DNA from: Iphione sp. A-MEVVRFRX5
Taxonomy: Eukaryota
DNA: 64,000 nucleotides
Direction: 5' to 3'
Assembly (NCBI GenBank): GCA_976226885.1
Contig: OZ320313.1
Coordinates: forward strand, 119,102,001 to 119,166,000
The position numbers and the translations under genes were made by a program. The notes below the pieces were generated by a model. That model saw only the letters and a program-made list of their open reading frames with translations. It had not been told where the DNA came from and made no database searches. Shown here piece after piece: positions 63,831 through 64,000 of this stretch (its first letter is position 1; each line of letters begins with the position of its first letter).

Positions 63831-64000
63831 ATAACAGGAAAAAGAGTGGTCTTACTCATCGAAATCAGCACTTTTTGGACTTGCTATTCTGACCATTTTG
63901 GGTCAGACCCTACCATTGGTTGGAAATAGAGACTTAACTGTAATTAATATATTCTTTAAGTAATGGGACCTAATGGGTTTCATGTCCGTTATACTTCGTT

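Larger units (their letters stand above)
62495..63940. mobile_element. pogo/Tigger-like non-autonomous element
   Basis: TA|CAGTGGAGTCTCAATTTCCGACC ... GGTTGGAAATAGAGACTTAACTG|TA, TIRs matching 19/23. Confidence 0.65.

Overview
Animal genomic DNA, AT-rich and gene-poor, probably from a marine invertebrate (inferred from composition and repeat types). One intact protein-coding gene is supported: a divergent RhoA-related small GTPase on the + strand, with two coding exons (43739-43945 and 59249-59701) separated by one 15.3-kb phase-0 intron. The rest is mostly transposon debris. It includes a 5'-truncated CR1/L2-group LINE, disabled Sola-like and Academ(X)-like DNA transposases, several MITE families (pogo/Tigger-, PIF/Harbinger-, CMC- and Kolobok-like), tRNA-derived SINEs, and mini- and microsatellites. 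Three observations stand out. (i) The Rho paralogue has lost two classic toxin-acceptor residues (Y34, N41) and has a RhoD/F/Rnd-type CKxD G4 motif. (ii) A palindromic, Crypton-like non-autonomous element carries a tRNA-like Pol III cassette at the same internal position in two copies. (iii) One 60-bp minisatellite family sits inside two unrelated MITEs. I found no rRNA, bona fide tRNA or CRISPR array. All alignments and counts were done by eye, and TE superfamily names come from remembered motifs, not database searches.
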